Positions 12,461 through 26,430 of a stretch of DNA of 64,000 nt are shown here, piece after piece. The DNA comes from the human T2T-CHM13v2.0 reference genome, Homo sapiens, in the NCBI RefSeq assembly GCF_009914755.1, contig NC_060929.1; one strand, given 5' to 3'. How positions within the stretch are numbered: the first letter of the stretch is position 1; every line of letters begins with the position of its first letter. A program made the position numbers and the translations under genes. The notes beneath the pieces were generated by a model, which made no database searches, was not told the origin of the DNA, and saw only the letters and a program-made list of their open reading frames with translations.

Positions 12461-13254
12461 CAGAAAAAAAGCTGTCCCAGGATTCTGGTTTTTCATTTCC
12501 TGTCACCACACTTTTAATCTCTGGCTTGGCTGTGATCTCTTGACTTAATCCCATTGCTAAGCACATTTGATCCTGGGAGCCAACGTTCCTGACAGTGGAG
12601 TCCAACAAATCCCTTTTCCATTTCCATTCCCAAACAGTAGCTTCCTCCCTGGGGCAACTGGTGCTTATAATTTACTTCCAGATCCCTGGCCCAGCTGCAG
12701 GGAAAAAGAACAGACAACGATTTCTCTTCCCACAGCCTCCCACGCATTAGTTTTCCCTGCATGTCTGACGTTTGACTTCTAAGTGCCCTCTGGCTGTGAT
12801 TACTCAGGCAAACTGAAGTGGACAGATGGAACAATTATTTGGAAAGCACAACCAATGGAAAGCAAAACAAAAAGACAGAGAAAGGAAACCCTGTACCCAA
12901 CCCTGCAGTTGAGAGGAAAGAGTTTATTGGTTTAAATTATTCTTATTGCCTGCTGGCATCGATTGTATTTTCTAGGTAATTGGTCAGCTCTCCCCATTCG
13001 TCTGTCTCTGTAGAGAAATGATCTTTTCTTAGATATCGGCACTCCAGGTAGCCCTCTCTTGAAGGAATGGATGTGTTTGGGCAAGGCTTGTCTAAAAGCA
13101 AAATTTTAAAGTGACTCTGATCAATTCATTAGCTTTCATGATAAACACAAAAGATGTTATATTAATGGGAGGAAATGGATCTCTGAATATAAGAAATCAA
13201 ACTTTAGAAGAAAGCATACTTTCAAAATCAAGTGTTTGAAAAATTTCTGAGAAA

Positions 13255-13508
13255 ACTAGAATTAATGTTTCACAGTTCTGGAATCAAACTGCCTGATTCC
13301 ATTTCTGGCTCCATCGCATTTTTTTTTTCTGTGCAAACTAGTATCAATATAAATTATTTAGCCTCCGAGTTTGTTTCCTGGTCCCTTCATTAGAGATAAT
13401 AGCAGTACTTACTCATAGAGTAACGATTAAATGAAATAGCTGTGTGTATGTAGGACTTAGTAGCTGCCTGCTACATAGTAAATTCCCAGTAAATGGTGGC
13501 AGTTATTA
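13255..13508 (+). mobile_element. MIR
   Basis: tctggaatcaaactgcctg...actcatagag...gattaaatga...gtaaatggtggcagttatta. Confidence 0.7.
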
Positions 13509-14087
13509 ATAAGTTATTAATCAATAGCCTTATGTTTCAGGCTATAAAAGTTAAAGATGGAAAAACTGGAACCCCAGATGATGGCAGCTCAGGGCCTCTG
13601 TGGGGTTTCAGCTCTTATTTTTCTGGTTCAATTCATAGACTGCTGCAGCTTCCAACTCCTGGAGCACATTTCTGTTCAGTGAGAGGTGCCTGTGTGTAGA
13701 AGACCATCACATAGTATTTGAAGTTCGTTCATTTTTCACAAATATGGCGAGAATCTGATTCAATGCCAGCTGAACAATGAGTGTAGATTTGCTGTGGAAG
13801 TGACAGGCCCTAATTGGATCTTCAATGCTGAAACAGCTGTCTGGGTAGAGGAGCTGGGCAGGGGGCACATGCTTTGGCCTTCCCTCGGTGCCATCCTGCC
13901 TGAGTTTAGGGGGCTATGCTGCATAACTTAAGGTCATGTGAATTGTGTTTCAAACTTTCTTCCATTCTAGAATAGAAATGAAAGGCAGACTTTGATGGCT
14001 TATAGCCTAAATTGTTCTCACCCATGCAACAGGGTCAGCCACTGTGTAACAGAGGTCAAAGACTTTTCCTGAAAGATAATAAAAAAT

Positions 14088-14335
14088 ATTAGTAGTAACT
14101 ACCACATGTTGAGTATCTATCAGGTACCCGTCTAGATGTTTTACCAGAATTATCTTATTTAATTCCTAAAACGACTTTCTGAGGGAGGAATTCTTATTAA
14201 GTCTACTTTTTAGATGAAAAAACAGGCACAAAGGAGTTGAGCAATTTGACCAGATCACACAGCTAGTGGCTGGTAGTCTGGATTTGAATCCAGGCCTTTG
14301 GATTCCAAAATCAGAAAGCTTAATTAACCACTCTG
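14088..14335 (-). mobile_element. MIR
   Basis: agatcacacagctagtgg...ggatttgaatccaggc...ttaaccact. Confidence 0.75.
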
Positions 14336-14614
14336 TTATCTTTTATGAGAATTAGTTTCCATGTGGGACAAGTTGAAACACCTGTTTTTCTGGAAAGTGC
14401 TTTGCCATGGTGTAGGGCCACACAACCAATCCATGAGAGCCTGCAATAAAATCCAGACTAACCCCAGCTCTGTCCTAAATAACAATGAGGAAGATGATTG
14501 ATATTTAACAGAGGTAACAACAACAATTTAGTGAACAAGTTCTATACACCAGTACCATGCTCAGCACTTGAAAATTCACACAACTAACCCTCACCGAAAC
14601 TGCAGCTCTGGCGA

Positions 14615-14828
14615 CTAATAAGCCTACATTTGCATCTAACTCTGCCACTTAGCAGCTGTGGAATTTTCAGTACGCATTTAGATTCATTCATTCTCTCTCT
14701 CTCTCTCTCTCTCATTTTCCTCATTTAAAAAGACAAAATTTGGTGTCGGAATTAAATGAGATAATGTGTGATAGATACACGGTGCCCAGAAGATGCCAGG
14801 CCTCAATAAATGTTGGCATCACTATTAT
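14615..14828 (+). mobile_element. MIR containing a (CT)n run
   Basis: ctctgccacttagcagctgtg...attaaatgagataatgtgtg...ctcaataaatgttggc. Confidence 0.7.
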
Positions 14829-15209
14829 CTCTTTTCTACAATATGAAGAAATACAGTCTCTCCGAGAAAGTGGATGAACTGAGCCTTCATGTCTGGCAAC
14901 ATCTGTTTGTAAAATCTGGGTCAGTTTCAATCCAAAGCTGAATGACTTTTTCCACCTGACCCATGGCTTTCACACATGGCCACCTGTCAGAAACAACTGG
15001 AAAACGTGTTTAAAATCTAGAGTATTTGCGCCCATCCCGGGTGATTCTGACACAGCAGGAGTGGACTTTTCAGCTGTGCTGTTGCAGGGCCCAGTTGGGG
15101 TCCACTGCTCTGGCTCTGGCCACCACCTTGGTCTCAGGGTCCCATCTCCCCTGTTCCACCTAAGGGAGTGTGGGAGTGTATCTATTATCAGTGACTGCAG
15201 AGAACCCTC

Positions 15210-15552
15210 TGACTTAGCCTGGGCTGCCATTACAAAATATCATAGACTGGGTGGCTGAAACAACAGAAATTTATTTTATCACAGTTCTGGAAGCTAGCTG
15301 GAGTCCAAGTTCAAGGTGCCAGCATGGTCAGTTTCTGGTGAGGTCACCCTCTTACTCTATGCTCACTTGACAGGTCAGGGGTGGGGAAGCAAGCTCTCTG
15401 ATGTCTCTTTTTATAAGGGCATTAATTCCATCACGAAGGTCCTATCTTCATGAACCAATTATCTCCCAAAGGTCATACTGCTAAACATCATAATCTTGGG
15501 GGTTAGGACTTCAATATATGAATTTTGGAGGGACACCATTCAGTCAAAAGCA
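15210..15552 (-). mobile_element. MLT1A-type MaLR solo LTR
   Basis: gggctgccattacaaaatatcatagactgggtggctgaaacaacagaaatttatt...ggacaccattcagtc. Confidence 0.85.
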
Positions 15553-16055
15553 TCTTCCTAATTAATTTAAGATGTTCTCCTTTTCCATTCTACTTCATCA
15601 GCAATAGTCTTTAAAAAAATTAAAAGATATTGGCATAACACTTGTTTGCTGGACACTGTACCCAAAAGACTATTTATTTATTTATTCACTACTTACCCTT
15701 GGTCTGCTTTCAAAAAAGCATATAGGGTGTCTTCTGGGAGTTTAAAATCCTCCCAGGAAACACTGACAAGAACACGTGAGATCGCACCCTACAGAAAAGC
15801 AGGGTCATTTTCCTGCTTTTCATTGCCCTGTTGCTATTGCTATTCACAGAAATGTAGGCATCTGCCCCTATAGCTAATACTCTTCATTTCTCCAGTCACC
15901 CTCTCTTCTCTGCTTGCTCAGGCTTTTGTTGCAGGGCACAGTGACTGAGTCATCAGCTGGCTCTGGTCTTCATGTGCCTCAGCAGACGCAAAGGGCAGCA
16001 TCTTTGTCTTAGTTGGTGATCTGAATAATTCCCATCTCTATGTTCCTGAAATTAA

Positions 16056-16240
16056 GATGATGATGATGATGATGATAGCAAGTAGCCTTCACTAATCACT
16101 TAAGGTGTGCCAGGCATAACTTTATTTAATCCTCACAGCAACCCTAAGAGCTCCACTTCTCGTTCTGCAGAAGTGAAAGCTGAGGCTTAGAGAGGCTAAG
16201 TATGTTGCTCAAAGTCATATACAGCGAATAAATCAGGGAA
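16056..16240 (-). mobile_element. MIR with (GAT)n tail
   Basis: tgtgccaggcat...tttaatcctcacagcaaccct...gctgaggcttagagaggctaagt. Confidence 0.75.
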
Positions 16241-17109
16241 CCATGGAGACAGGCACTTTCTTGTTTCTGCCTCCGATCAGATTGTTTTCATCTCCTTTAA
16301 TGTTCTCTCCTATTGGATGCCTCTGATATACTGGCTTAGAAATAGGGTGTCTCATTGGCCAGGTTTTCCACATCATGGAGGTGATGTAAATATATAGGGG
16401 AGCTGATAGGGAATGTCAGTCAACATGAAAAATTCAACCATCACCAGTCTAGGGAAACAATAGAGTGAAACACAGTCCTAGACCCAAGTCTCATTACTGA
16501 CATTTAATATTAAAACTGATTTCAAGAGACAACCACTGGGATAGTTGAATAATTACAAATCCAATTTAATAAACGCTCTCTAATTTTATTTGTCACATAT
16601 TAGAACTGGATTCAGAATCTAAAAATCACTGTTAAATTGAAGAATCTGAATAAGCAGGAGGTCCAAAATAAAGTCGAACTGACTCAATTCGATTATATTT
16701 GATAAACATGGTTTGGTAAGAGGTGTTTTCAAAACATCATTGTCCTATCCAATGTGTATTTACCAAGTAAAACACATAAGCTGCACTCCAGAAAGCATTC
16801 AAATTTAAAGACAGTAATGCATCATTTCTCCAGCATTTGTTACCCAAAATTCTTTTGCATAAACAATTTTCCTGGAGTATTATTGAAAACCTATTCTTCA
16901 GAGGAGACTGACCTGTTTCTCACTAGCATGATAGCCCCCCAACAGGGACACTCGCAGTGACTGTAGGGCCCTAAATGATAGCTGGTCCAGTAGTTGCCTC
17001 TGATGCAGACTTTAGAAGCCATATCCAAGTTGAGGTCTGAAATATTCTTGTACCTTTATAGGTATCTGTACATACACTGAATGGTAACTTTTCAGAGGTA
17101 GAAATGGAA

Positions 17110-17450
17110 CAGAATAGCGTAGTGGTGAAATACAAAAGTTTTGAGATTAGACCCCAGCATCTCAGTCTTGGGCCTTCTATCTAGAGTGAAGATATTAGTG
17201 ATATTCACTTCCTAGGGCTGTTGTGAGGGTTATATAAGAAAATGCCTTTATATCTCTTAGCAAAGCCACCAGATAGTGAGAACTAAATAGTAAGAACCAC
17301 ATTATTATTACTACTGTAACCACTATCAATACCACCATATTACTACCACTATTATTACTATTACCATCATCCTATTACCATTACTCCTCCTCCTCTTCTT
17401 CCAACTACCACCGCTGCCCCCATGGCAATTACAACTACACTGTTACTATC
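17110..17450 (+). mobile_element. MIR followed by TAC/CAC-rich low-complexity tail
   Basis: agcgtagtggtgaaa...cctagggctgttgtgaggg; (tac/cac/tat)n-like sequence at 17300-17450. Confidence 0.6.
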
Positions 17451-17615
17451 CATCTTCATACACTTTTAAAATGTCTTTTCTACATCCTCATTTTCTTATG
17501 TGTTCTTTTACTGCTTCTATTTATAATAAGAAATGAAATTGTTTTTCCTGCCAAATGAGTCACTTGAGATTGGAACATCAATTTATTTGAGCAGATGTGT
17601 GTCAGTTTTGCTGTG

Positions 17616-17654
17616 AATAAAAGGTCCCAATAAAAGGTCCCAAAAGGTCCCAAA
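17616..17654. repeat. Short tandem repeat of aaaaggtccca, 3 copies
   Basis: aataaaaggtcccaataaaaggtcccaaaaggtcccaaaa. Confidence 0.9.
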
Positions 17655-17949
17655 ATATTGCTCTGCTGACATATTTAATGAAAAACGAAGTGTGGGTTGT
17701 ACATAAATTCATATTTTCAGCTCAAGTCCCACTTCCTTTCAAAAGCCTTTGGCCCACATTGATGTCTGCCTTGTCTGAAACAGCAATCATTATATTCTCT
17801 AATTCTTCCATGTTTGTGAAACTTATTTCCCCGATTAATAAGCTACCTGTAGGCAGACTTTAATACCATAAACATAATAGGCATTCCACAAATATTGATA
17901 TGTGAAGATGGTATTGAATAAGTCAAGACTCTGAGCCCTATAAATATAT

Positions 17950-18320
17950 CTATTTGTTCATGTAACCTAAAGTCCAGGGATAGGTCAGGGACAGCTGGGT
18001 CTGGGGTCTCACAAGTTGCCATCAGGGTTCAGTCTCCCTCTCTCAGATCTACTTCCCTTTCTCAGATCTGCTTCCCTCTGCTATTTCCAGGTAGGCTCAT
18101 ACCTTGTGTTAGGGGGCTGTGTTCATATTCTCACAGCAACAAATGCAGTGGAAAATACACTGCCTTTCCCTAGCCACTCCTACATATATCTCAGTGTAGG
18201 CAACTTCAGTTATGTGCCCACCCCAGACCTAATGGGCATGTAGTGAGCCCCATCCAATCACCTGAGCCCAGTGAAGCGGAGGAAAAACCTTCCCAAAGAA
18301 ATTCTGGAATAAGAGCAATA
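17950..18320 (-). mobile_element. Degenerate MLT1 (J/K-type) LTR
   Basis: catgtaacctaaagtccaggga...cccatccaatcac pattern. Confidence 0.4.
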
Positions 18321-18573
18321 GCCTTTGGTTGGCGAAAAAGCCTCTATAGAGATCTCGCTTTTCTTCTGTTACTGCCTTAGCTCTAAACACAGTGTAAAAA
18401 ATAAAAATATAAAACACAGCAGGTACTCACAGTAAATTTTGAGATGAATGGATTTTTATGTATTAAACCTTCAGCCTAAATCCTAATCTGTTTTTCCTTC
18501 TGACTGACACTTTGTGGATAGATCCTAAAAATGTGGAAATATTTGCTTGAAATCCACATAGTTTTAAAGTTTA

Positions 18574-18860
<287 letters not shown>

Positions 18861-19168
18861 TTAATTCAGGGGTGGCAGACCCATAAAGTATCAGGGGTCT
18901 AGATACTAGACCCATCTAGTATCATCCTGTCATCTTAGTCACTGCCTCTTCTTCCCCAAGCCCTGGGCAGAAGGAATCCTTCTCTCCTCTGAACTTTTGC
19001 TTTACTTAGCCTCTGTATCTGCCATGGTACTTGCCATATGGCCTCTTTGTTCTTATGTGTTATCCAAGATTCCTATATAAATGACAGAAACCCTAAATAA
19101 AAAAGGACTGGGGAGAAATAAAAACCCAACTAAACAACAATTATCAGCTCACAAAACTCAACAGTCCA

Positions 19169-19339
19169 TGCCTGGCACGGTGGCTCACGCCTGTAATCCC
19201 AGCACTTTGGGAGGCTGAGGTGGGAGGATCATGAGGTCAGGAGATCGATACCATCCTGGCTAACACGGTGAAACCCCGTCTCTACTAAAAATAAAAAAAT
19301 CAAAAAAAAACACAAAACAACAACAACAACAAAAAAAAG
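19169..19339 (+). mobile_element. AluY left monomer only, with A/C-rich tail
   Basis: ggagatcgataccatcctggctaacacggtgaaaccccgtctctactaaaaa then A-rich tail; TSD aacagtcca at 19160-19168 and 19340-19348. Confidence 0.92.
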
Positions 19340-19511
19340 AACAGTCCAGGCTAGTTCTCCATTAGAAATGGTTTGATCCGAGGTCCATGTGATGTCAACA
19401 GAATGGGATTTTGTTCTCCATTTCTTTGAATACATCCTTAACAGTTACTTCATTCTCAGTCCTACTGCTTACCAGACAGCTGTTACAGCTCCTGCCTTTG
19501 TCTCGTGTTCA

Positions 19512-19821
<310 letters not shown>

Positions 19822-20134
19822 TGTCTCGTGTTCACTTCTAATGAAAAGAGAAAAATATCTTTCTCAAGATCCAATGAGAATTTCCTGGCTTCTCATGGGC
19901 TCTAAATGAGGCTTGTGTCTATTACTGAATCAATCACTGCCCAAAGTCGTGGCATGCACTGATTGGTTTAGGTCTAGGCCACATGCTCCATCCCGGGGCT
20001 GGGTATGGAGTAAAAACAAAGCACAGGTCCAAAAATAGAGAAGGGGTCATTCCCAGAGGAATATCCAATCTGGAATCAGGAAGGGAACTATATACTGGGT
20101 TCATGGAAGCAGCAAACGTGAAATATGACTCTCC

Positions 20135-20225
20135 CTTTAGATAATGTGTTTACCTATCATCTTGGTCACAATGCCTAGTATAGTGCATCACACATGCTGA
20201 CAGGATGCTTAATAAATGTTTGCTA
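20135..20225 (+). mobile_element. L2 3' end
   Basis: caatgcctagtatagtgc...gcttaataaatgtttg. Confidence 0.55.
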
Positions 20226-20843
20226 GAAGGAGGGAGGAAGAAAAGTATTCACTATGCTGGATGAACCACTGATTTGACACTTGTAACAGTTTTGCATGCA
20301 TAAGTCAACCCCATCTTCCTCGGAAATGCATATTTGAAATGGGATTTGGAATTTCGAAATATAAAGCTACTCATTAGTATGATTAGCTTTAGCCTATGCC
20401 AACTAGAAGCTTTCCATAAGCATTAGCTGTTTGCTTCCTTACTTGAGATGTTTCTTGGTAAAAACACCAGGGCAGAAATAATTAATGTCTGAATATGGCA
20501 AAAATTCTTAGCTCTTGGCCCCTGGAATTATACATTGAGCCCTGGAGCTATATGATGGAAGACATACAGCCCATTTTTGAAAGAATTTTAAATTGCCCCT
20601 TACAGAATCAGCTGGAGAACTGATTTAGCAGAGCCTTGTCGAGGCAATTTACCTTCCCTTTTCAACTCTACTACACTTTTGGCCCAATGAGTTTTTAATG
20701 ATAATAATCGTCTCTTTGCACAGGGGTTAATGACAGAGTAAAAATAGAAACTAACCCCACTTCAGTGTTGTTTCTTCTAATAAGGTGCCATAAATATGAT
20801 ACGAGGTTCATTCTTGTCTCACTTTTATCTGAACATGAACATG

Positions 20844-21220
20844 TGCTATGGTTTGAATGCCCGCTCCAAAACTCCTGTTGAAATTTAATTGCCATTTTGA
20901 CAGCATTAAGATATGGGAATTTTAAGAGGTGATTAAGTCATGAGGGCCCTCATGAATAGATTAATGCCATTATTTAGGGGAGTAGGTTAGTTACTGTGGG
21001 AGTGGGTTCCTGATAAAAGAATGAGTTTGGCCACCTTCCCCTCTCTCTCATACATACTTTCTTACCCTTCTGCTTTCTGCCATGGGATGATGCAGCAAGA
21101 AGGCCCTCACCAGATGGAGCCCCTTGATCTTGGACTTCAGAACTGTGAACCAAATAAACCACTGTTATTTATAAATCCCCAGTGGTGTTCTGTTATAGTA
21201 GCACAAAACGGACTAAGACA
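20844..21220 (+). mobile_element. MSTD-like MaLR solo LTR
   Basis: tgctatggtttgaatg...aataaacc...aaacggactaagaca with TG..CA ends; 5-bp TSD acatg/acttg. Confidence 0.9.
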
Positions 21221-21591
21221 ACTTGGGAATTAGATATTATAAATTCAGAATCACTGATTTTCTTATGCCCTCTCAAAGCCACTTAATTCTCCTTGGCCCT
21301 TCACTGTACTGCTCATCTCTTCCATTAGCTACAAAGGAGAGGTGAGCTTCAGGTCCTCCGACAAGGATTAATGAATCAATAACAGTAAATTACTTCCAAG
21401 ACTGAATTCTCATAAGTTCAACTTTTTTTTTTCTAGAAGGAAAATTGCCCATGTTCAATATACTTTTTATTTAAAATTAACTTGAATTAATTCTGTCTAC
21501 TCATGAAGTTGGAAGCTAAGAGAAGCTACACTGTTGAAGAGTCAGCAAAGATGTGTTTTAGAATTTAACATCACTGGTAGGTAATATCCTA

Positions 21592-21917
<326 letters not shown>

Positions 21918-22613
21918 ACTCAACTATAGAAACTTGGCTAGGGAAACATCAAAATTCTATAAATTTTTATTTTTAAGGTAACTATAAAATCGATATTAGT
22001 TGCTAGATGGTTTGGTGATAGGTTACTGAGTGAAGGGGCTGACCTGTTCATGTGGTAATAAAAAGAATCAGATGAGATGTGGGAATTGCACTGAAAAAGG
22101 CTTGAAATGATGTTATTGGCTGCTAATTTATTTTTTAGTTTAATATACTCCATTAGACACAGGACATCACTCTGTTGAAATATTGTTTGCCACTGTCATT
22201 TTTGGAAAGATTCAAAATTGTTAATCAATGTTAAGTGTGAAAGTTTAGACCAAACAACTTTAATTAATATTCAAGGGCTCCAAAGACTACTTCTGGCTTG
22301 ATGTGGAGAATTTAGGAAAAGAGTAATGGATGCCACTAGATGTCTACTGAAACAGAAAAATATGGTAGTAGATTTTGTACAGAAATGGGCTTCAGGATAC
22401 AACAGGAAATAAAATACTCATTTGTCAGTGTATGAGATTCTGGAACTTGCTGCAAACAGATATGATCTATAGAAAAAATGGAGACTAATATAAATCTGTT
22501 ACACAAGAACAATATCAACATTTAAAACAGATAGCATATTTTCCTAATTTTCAGAGTAATAAATGTCCATTGAATACATTTTGGGAAATTCCTAAATGTT
22601 TCAAGAAGATTAA

Positions 22614-22930
<317 letters not shown>

Positions 22931-23189
22931 TCAGAAATAGTCACTTTATTTCAGTATTTATTCTTTCATTCTTACATGCATTTATTTCTTTTTTGAAAAC
23001 TCTTGTTAAGTCTTTATGAAAAATTTGGAAATTCAGGGGAATATAAAGAGATTTAAAAATTATTCGTAATTCTATCAGCAAGCAGTAACCACTGCTAATA
23101 TTCAGAATATATTTGCTTCCAGTATTTTATTATATATTTTTACATAGCTTTCATATAAAGTTCTGTCATTTTGTTTCCCTTAAAATTAC

Positions 23190-23890
23190 AGCCATGCAAA
23201 CCAGCAATTCCAGTCATGGGCATTTATCTCAGAAAAATGAAAACTTATATTTAAATAAAAACCTTTATGTGAATGTTCATAGCAACTTTATTTGTAATGG
23301 CCCAAAGCTTTCAACAATCCCAATGTCTTTCAATTCTGAAAAGTCAAACAAACTGTGGTATATCCATGCCATAGAACACTATTCAACAATTAAAAGGGAG
23401 AATCAGTATACATGCAAAAACTTGGATTAGCCTGGAATATTATGCTGAGTCAAAAAAGCCAATCTTAAAAAATTAGCTATTATATGTTTTTATATAATAT
23501 TCATGAAATAAATTATAGAAATGTAAGGCACATCACTGGCTGCCAGAAGAAGTGGGACAAGGAGGTGCTGTTTCTATAAAAGGGTAGCAGGAGGGATACT
23601 TATGATGGTACTGTTCTGTACCTTGACTGTATTGGTCTTTACATGAATATAGATACATGTCATAAAATTACATGGAAATAAGCACACACATACAGTGGGT
23701 ACATATAAAACTGGGAAAATCTGAATGTCAGTGGATCACATCAATGTCAATTTCTTGGTTATAATATTACAGTATAGTTCTACAGGTTGTTGCCATGGAG
23801 GGAACTGGGTAAAGCATGTATGGAAACTCTCTGTAGTATTTCTTACAACTGCATGTGAACCTACATCTATTTCAAAATAAAAAGCTAAGA
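23190..23890 (+). mobile_element. L1MD/L1MC-type 3' fragment
   Basis: ccagcaattcc...aaactgtggtatatccat...ctctctgtagtatttcttacaactgcatgtgaacctaca...aaaataaaaag. Confidence 0.8.
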
Positions 23891-24371
23891 CAAATCAAAA
23901 TGAAATCAAAATACAGCATAAGCGTTTTACCATATAAATACAATTTTAGCTGGGAACATTCTCAGTAAACACAATTTTAATGCCTATATAATATCCTATT
24001 ATTGAAACATTATTTACCTAATGATTTCCCTAATATTGGATATTCAACATTGAGATGTGTGCTACATTACCATATCACAAATAACAGTGCAAAGAATACC
24101 TCTGTGCATAAAACTATATCTCATTTCTAAGGAAATATTTTTCCTTAGAAAATTAAAAAATATTTTTCTTAGAAAAATATTTCATAAAGTCAGTGCTGGG
24201 AGACATTAACAGTTGTAATGCTAAAATAAGATCATATGGTTAAATATATTTGGAAAACAGCTTTGTTCATTCTGGGAATTAGTCTTTAATAGACAAGTTT
24301 ATATTGTGTATCATCTAGTGGCAATAATCTAATCAATGTTTCCAAAACTTACTTGCTCTGGAAAACCTTAT

Positions 24372-24999
24372 TGCAGAATAAAGATGATTGCTAATTCTTC
24401 AACTCTACTCCCCATACTCTCTGAATCTATGTGGGCTCTATGACTGCTTTGATCAGCAGACTACTGGAGAGGTAATGCTGTACCAGTTTCTGGGCACAAA
24501 CTTTAAAAACGTGACAGACTCCATTTACGGTCACTTGAAACACTCCATTTGGGGAAACCCAGAAGCCATGTAAGAAACCTGAATACCTTGCAACTGCCAG
24601 ATTAGCCCAAGATAACCATGTGGAGGGGCTGTGTGGAAAGAGGAAGATGCTCAGCTAGATGCCCCAGTTGGCCCAGCAACCACAACTCAGGTATTAGAAA
24701 AGTGCATGATGCCATCTTGGACACTTTAGCCTCAACAGGAACAAATGATGAAAACCAAAGAACCAAGCCAACGACCAGAATGAAGACTCCAGACATACTT
24801 TGTCAATGAAGATTTCCCAGACATCTCCAGCTATTTGAGACAACCCAGCTGAAGCCTGAGTCTTTGTGGAACATAGATGAACCATTTCCACTATGCTCTG
24901 CCCAAATCCCTAAACTATAAAATTATCAACAAAATAAAATGATTGTTTAAGCCATTAAAATTAGGGTTATTTGTTGCACAGCTATAGATAACCATTACA
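24372..24999 (+). mobile_element. MLT1G/H-type MaLR solo LTR
   Basis: tgactgctttgatcagcaga...gccatgtaagaa...cccagctgaagcc...gtttaagccatt...atagataacca. Confidence 0.8.
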
Positions 25000-25024
25000 C
25001 TTCCTCTTTATTGTCATAGACAAT

Positions 25025-25250
25025 ACAACATAGTGTTTCAGATCATTTGGCTTTACAATCAGGGCATCAAAACAGTCTATAATTTACTGGTGTGATTTTG
25101 GGACATTAAACTCCTTAAAACAGTTTCTGCTTTGGTACTATGGAAATAATAATCACTCTTATTTTACAGAGTTGTGATACTAGGATGAGATTACATCTGT
25201 AAAGTGTTCAGTACCACACCTTGTATGTAGTAAGAGCTCAGCAATAATTT
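25025..25250 (+). mobile_element. MIR
   Basis: cagagttgtga...tgtaaagtgttcagtac...gtaagagctcagcaa. Confidence 0.55.
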
Positions 25251-25439
25251 AGTCCACTACATCACTGGTCAACTAGTGCCATGTTGTACAGAAGAAGAAT
25301 TACTACGTTAAGGAATATGAGCGCATTTTTTGTTAAACTTTCTTAATACAGGTGTTCACTTTTCTTTCTTGAAAGTATGCAACAGTTTGTACTCATTTGT
25401 GCAGTGTGAAAGGTTGAGAAAACGTTTTTATTTTAGAAC

Positions 25440-25655
25440 GAGGTTTGACAAAGATTTTCTGTAATGGACCAGACAGTAAATATTTTAGGTTTTGCAGGCC
25501 AGTTTCTATTACAACCAGTCAATTATGTTGTTGTAGTGTGAAAGCAGCTATAGGCAATTTGTAAAAGAATGGTCATGGTCTATAAAGAGACCTTATTTAT
25601 AAAAGTTGAGGTAGGCTGAATTTGCACTGAAGGATTTAGCTTGCCAATCTTTGTT
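25440..25655. mobile_element. MER58A-like hAT-Charlie MITE
   Basis: ttttctgtaatggaccagacagtaaatattttaggttttgcaggcc...tagcttgccaa. Confidence 0.75.
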
Positions 25656-26029
25656 CTAGAGGTTGGACCAAGAGCGTTTTCAGCCTATTGAGACTATGAG
25701 AAATTCTGTCTAAAATTTAATACTCTCATGCCCTTGTGGGATCTGCTCCTTCAAGACAAACTGGCTACTTTGTTAGGCATGTACATGAACACCCAGAGCA
25801 GTGTAGCTTCAATTTTACCATATTACTTTCTGCAAGATTAGCCACATCAGCTGCTTCTACAAACTTTAATTGGTAATGATCTATGCACAAGGCATATGTA
25901 CTCTAGTACTTGGTTAAACTTGCAATTAGGAAAGTCAGCTTTTTTCTTGAAGCAAAAGTGATTTGGATTCTTTTTTAAGCACAAAGTAGATATTCAAAGT
26001 TAACTAAAGCAGTAGGCATAATCACTAAA

Positions 26030-26430
26030 TATAGACAGTGGGCTTCGACAGAAAAAGGCCTGGGTTAGCAAAGAAAAGGCCCGAGTTCTACTGCCAGTTT
26101 TAGCTTGTAACTAGCTGTGTGACTTTGGGGAAGTCACACCCCTGGGCCTCAGTGTGCCATAAATTTATAAAATGAGACTAATAATTCCTTCCTTAGTTGC
26201 CTCATAACATTTAGAAAAAATAAAAAATGCCACGTGAAATTTATAAATCTCATATTGTAATGTGGTGAACTATTTATTTGTCATCTTCCCGGTTAGAATA
26301 TGAGGTTCTTGGGGACAGGGGTTATGCCTTATGAATTTTTAAATACCAGTTTCTTGACACAGTATGTTAGCATACTCAACACTTATTAAATGTTGGCAAA
26401 ATGAATAGCTCAGTGGATAGATGAATGAAA
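26030..26430 (+). mobile_element. MIR followed by an L2 3' end
   Basis: ctagctgtgtgactttggggaagtcac (MIR); tagaatatgaggttcttggggacaggg...aaatgttggcaaaatgaat (L2). Confidence 0.65.
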
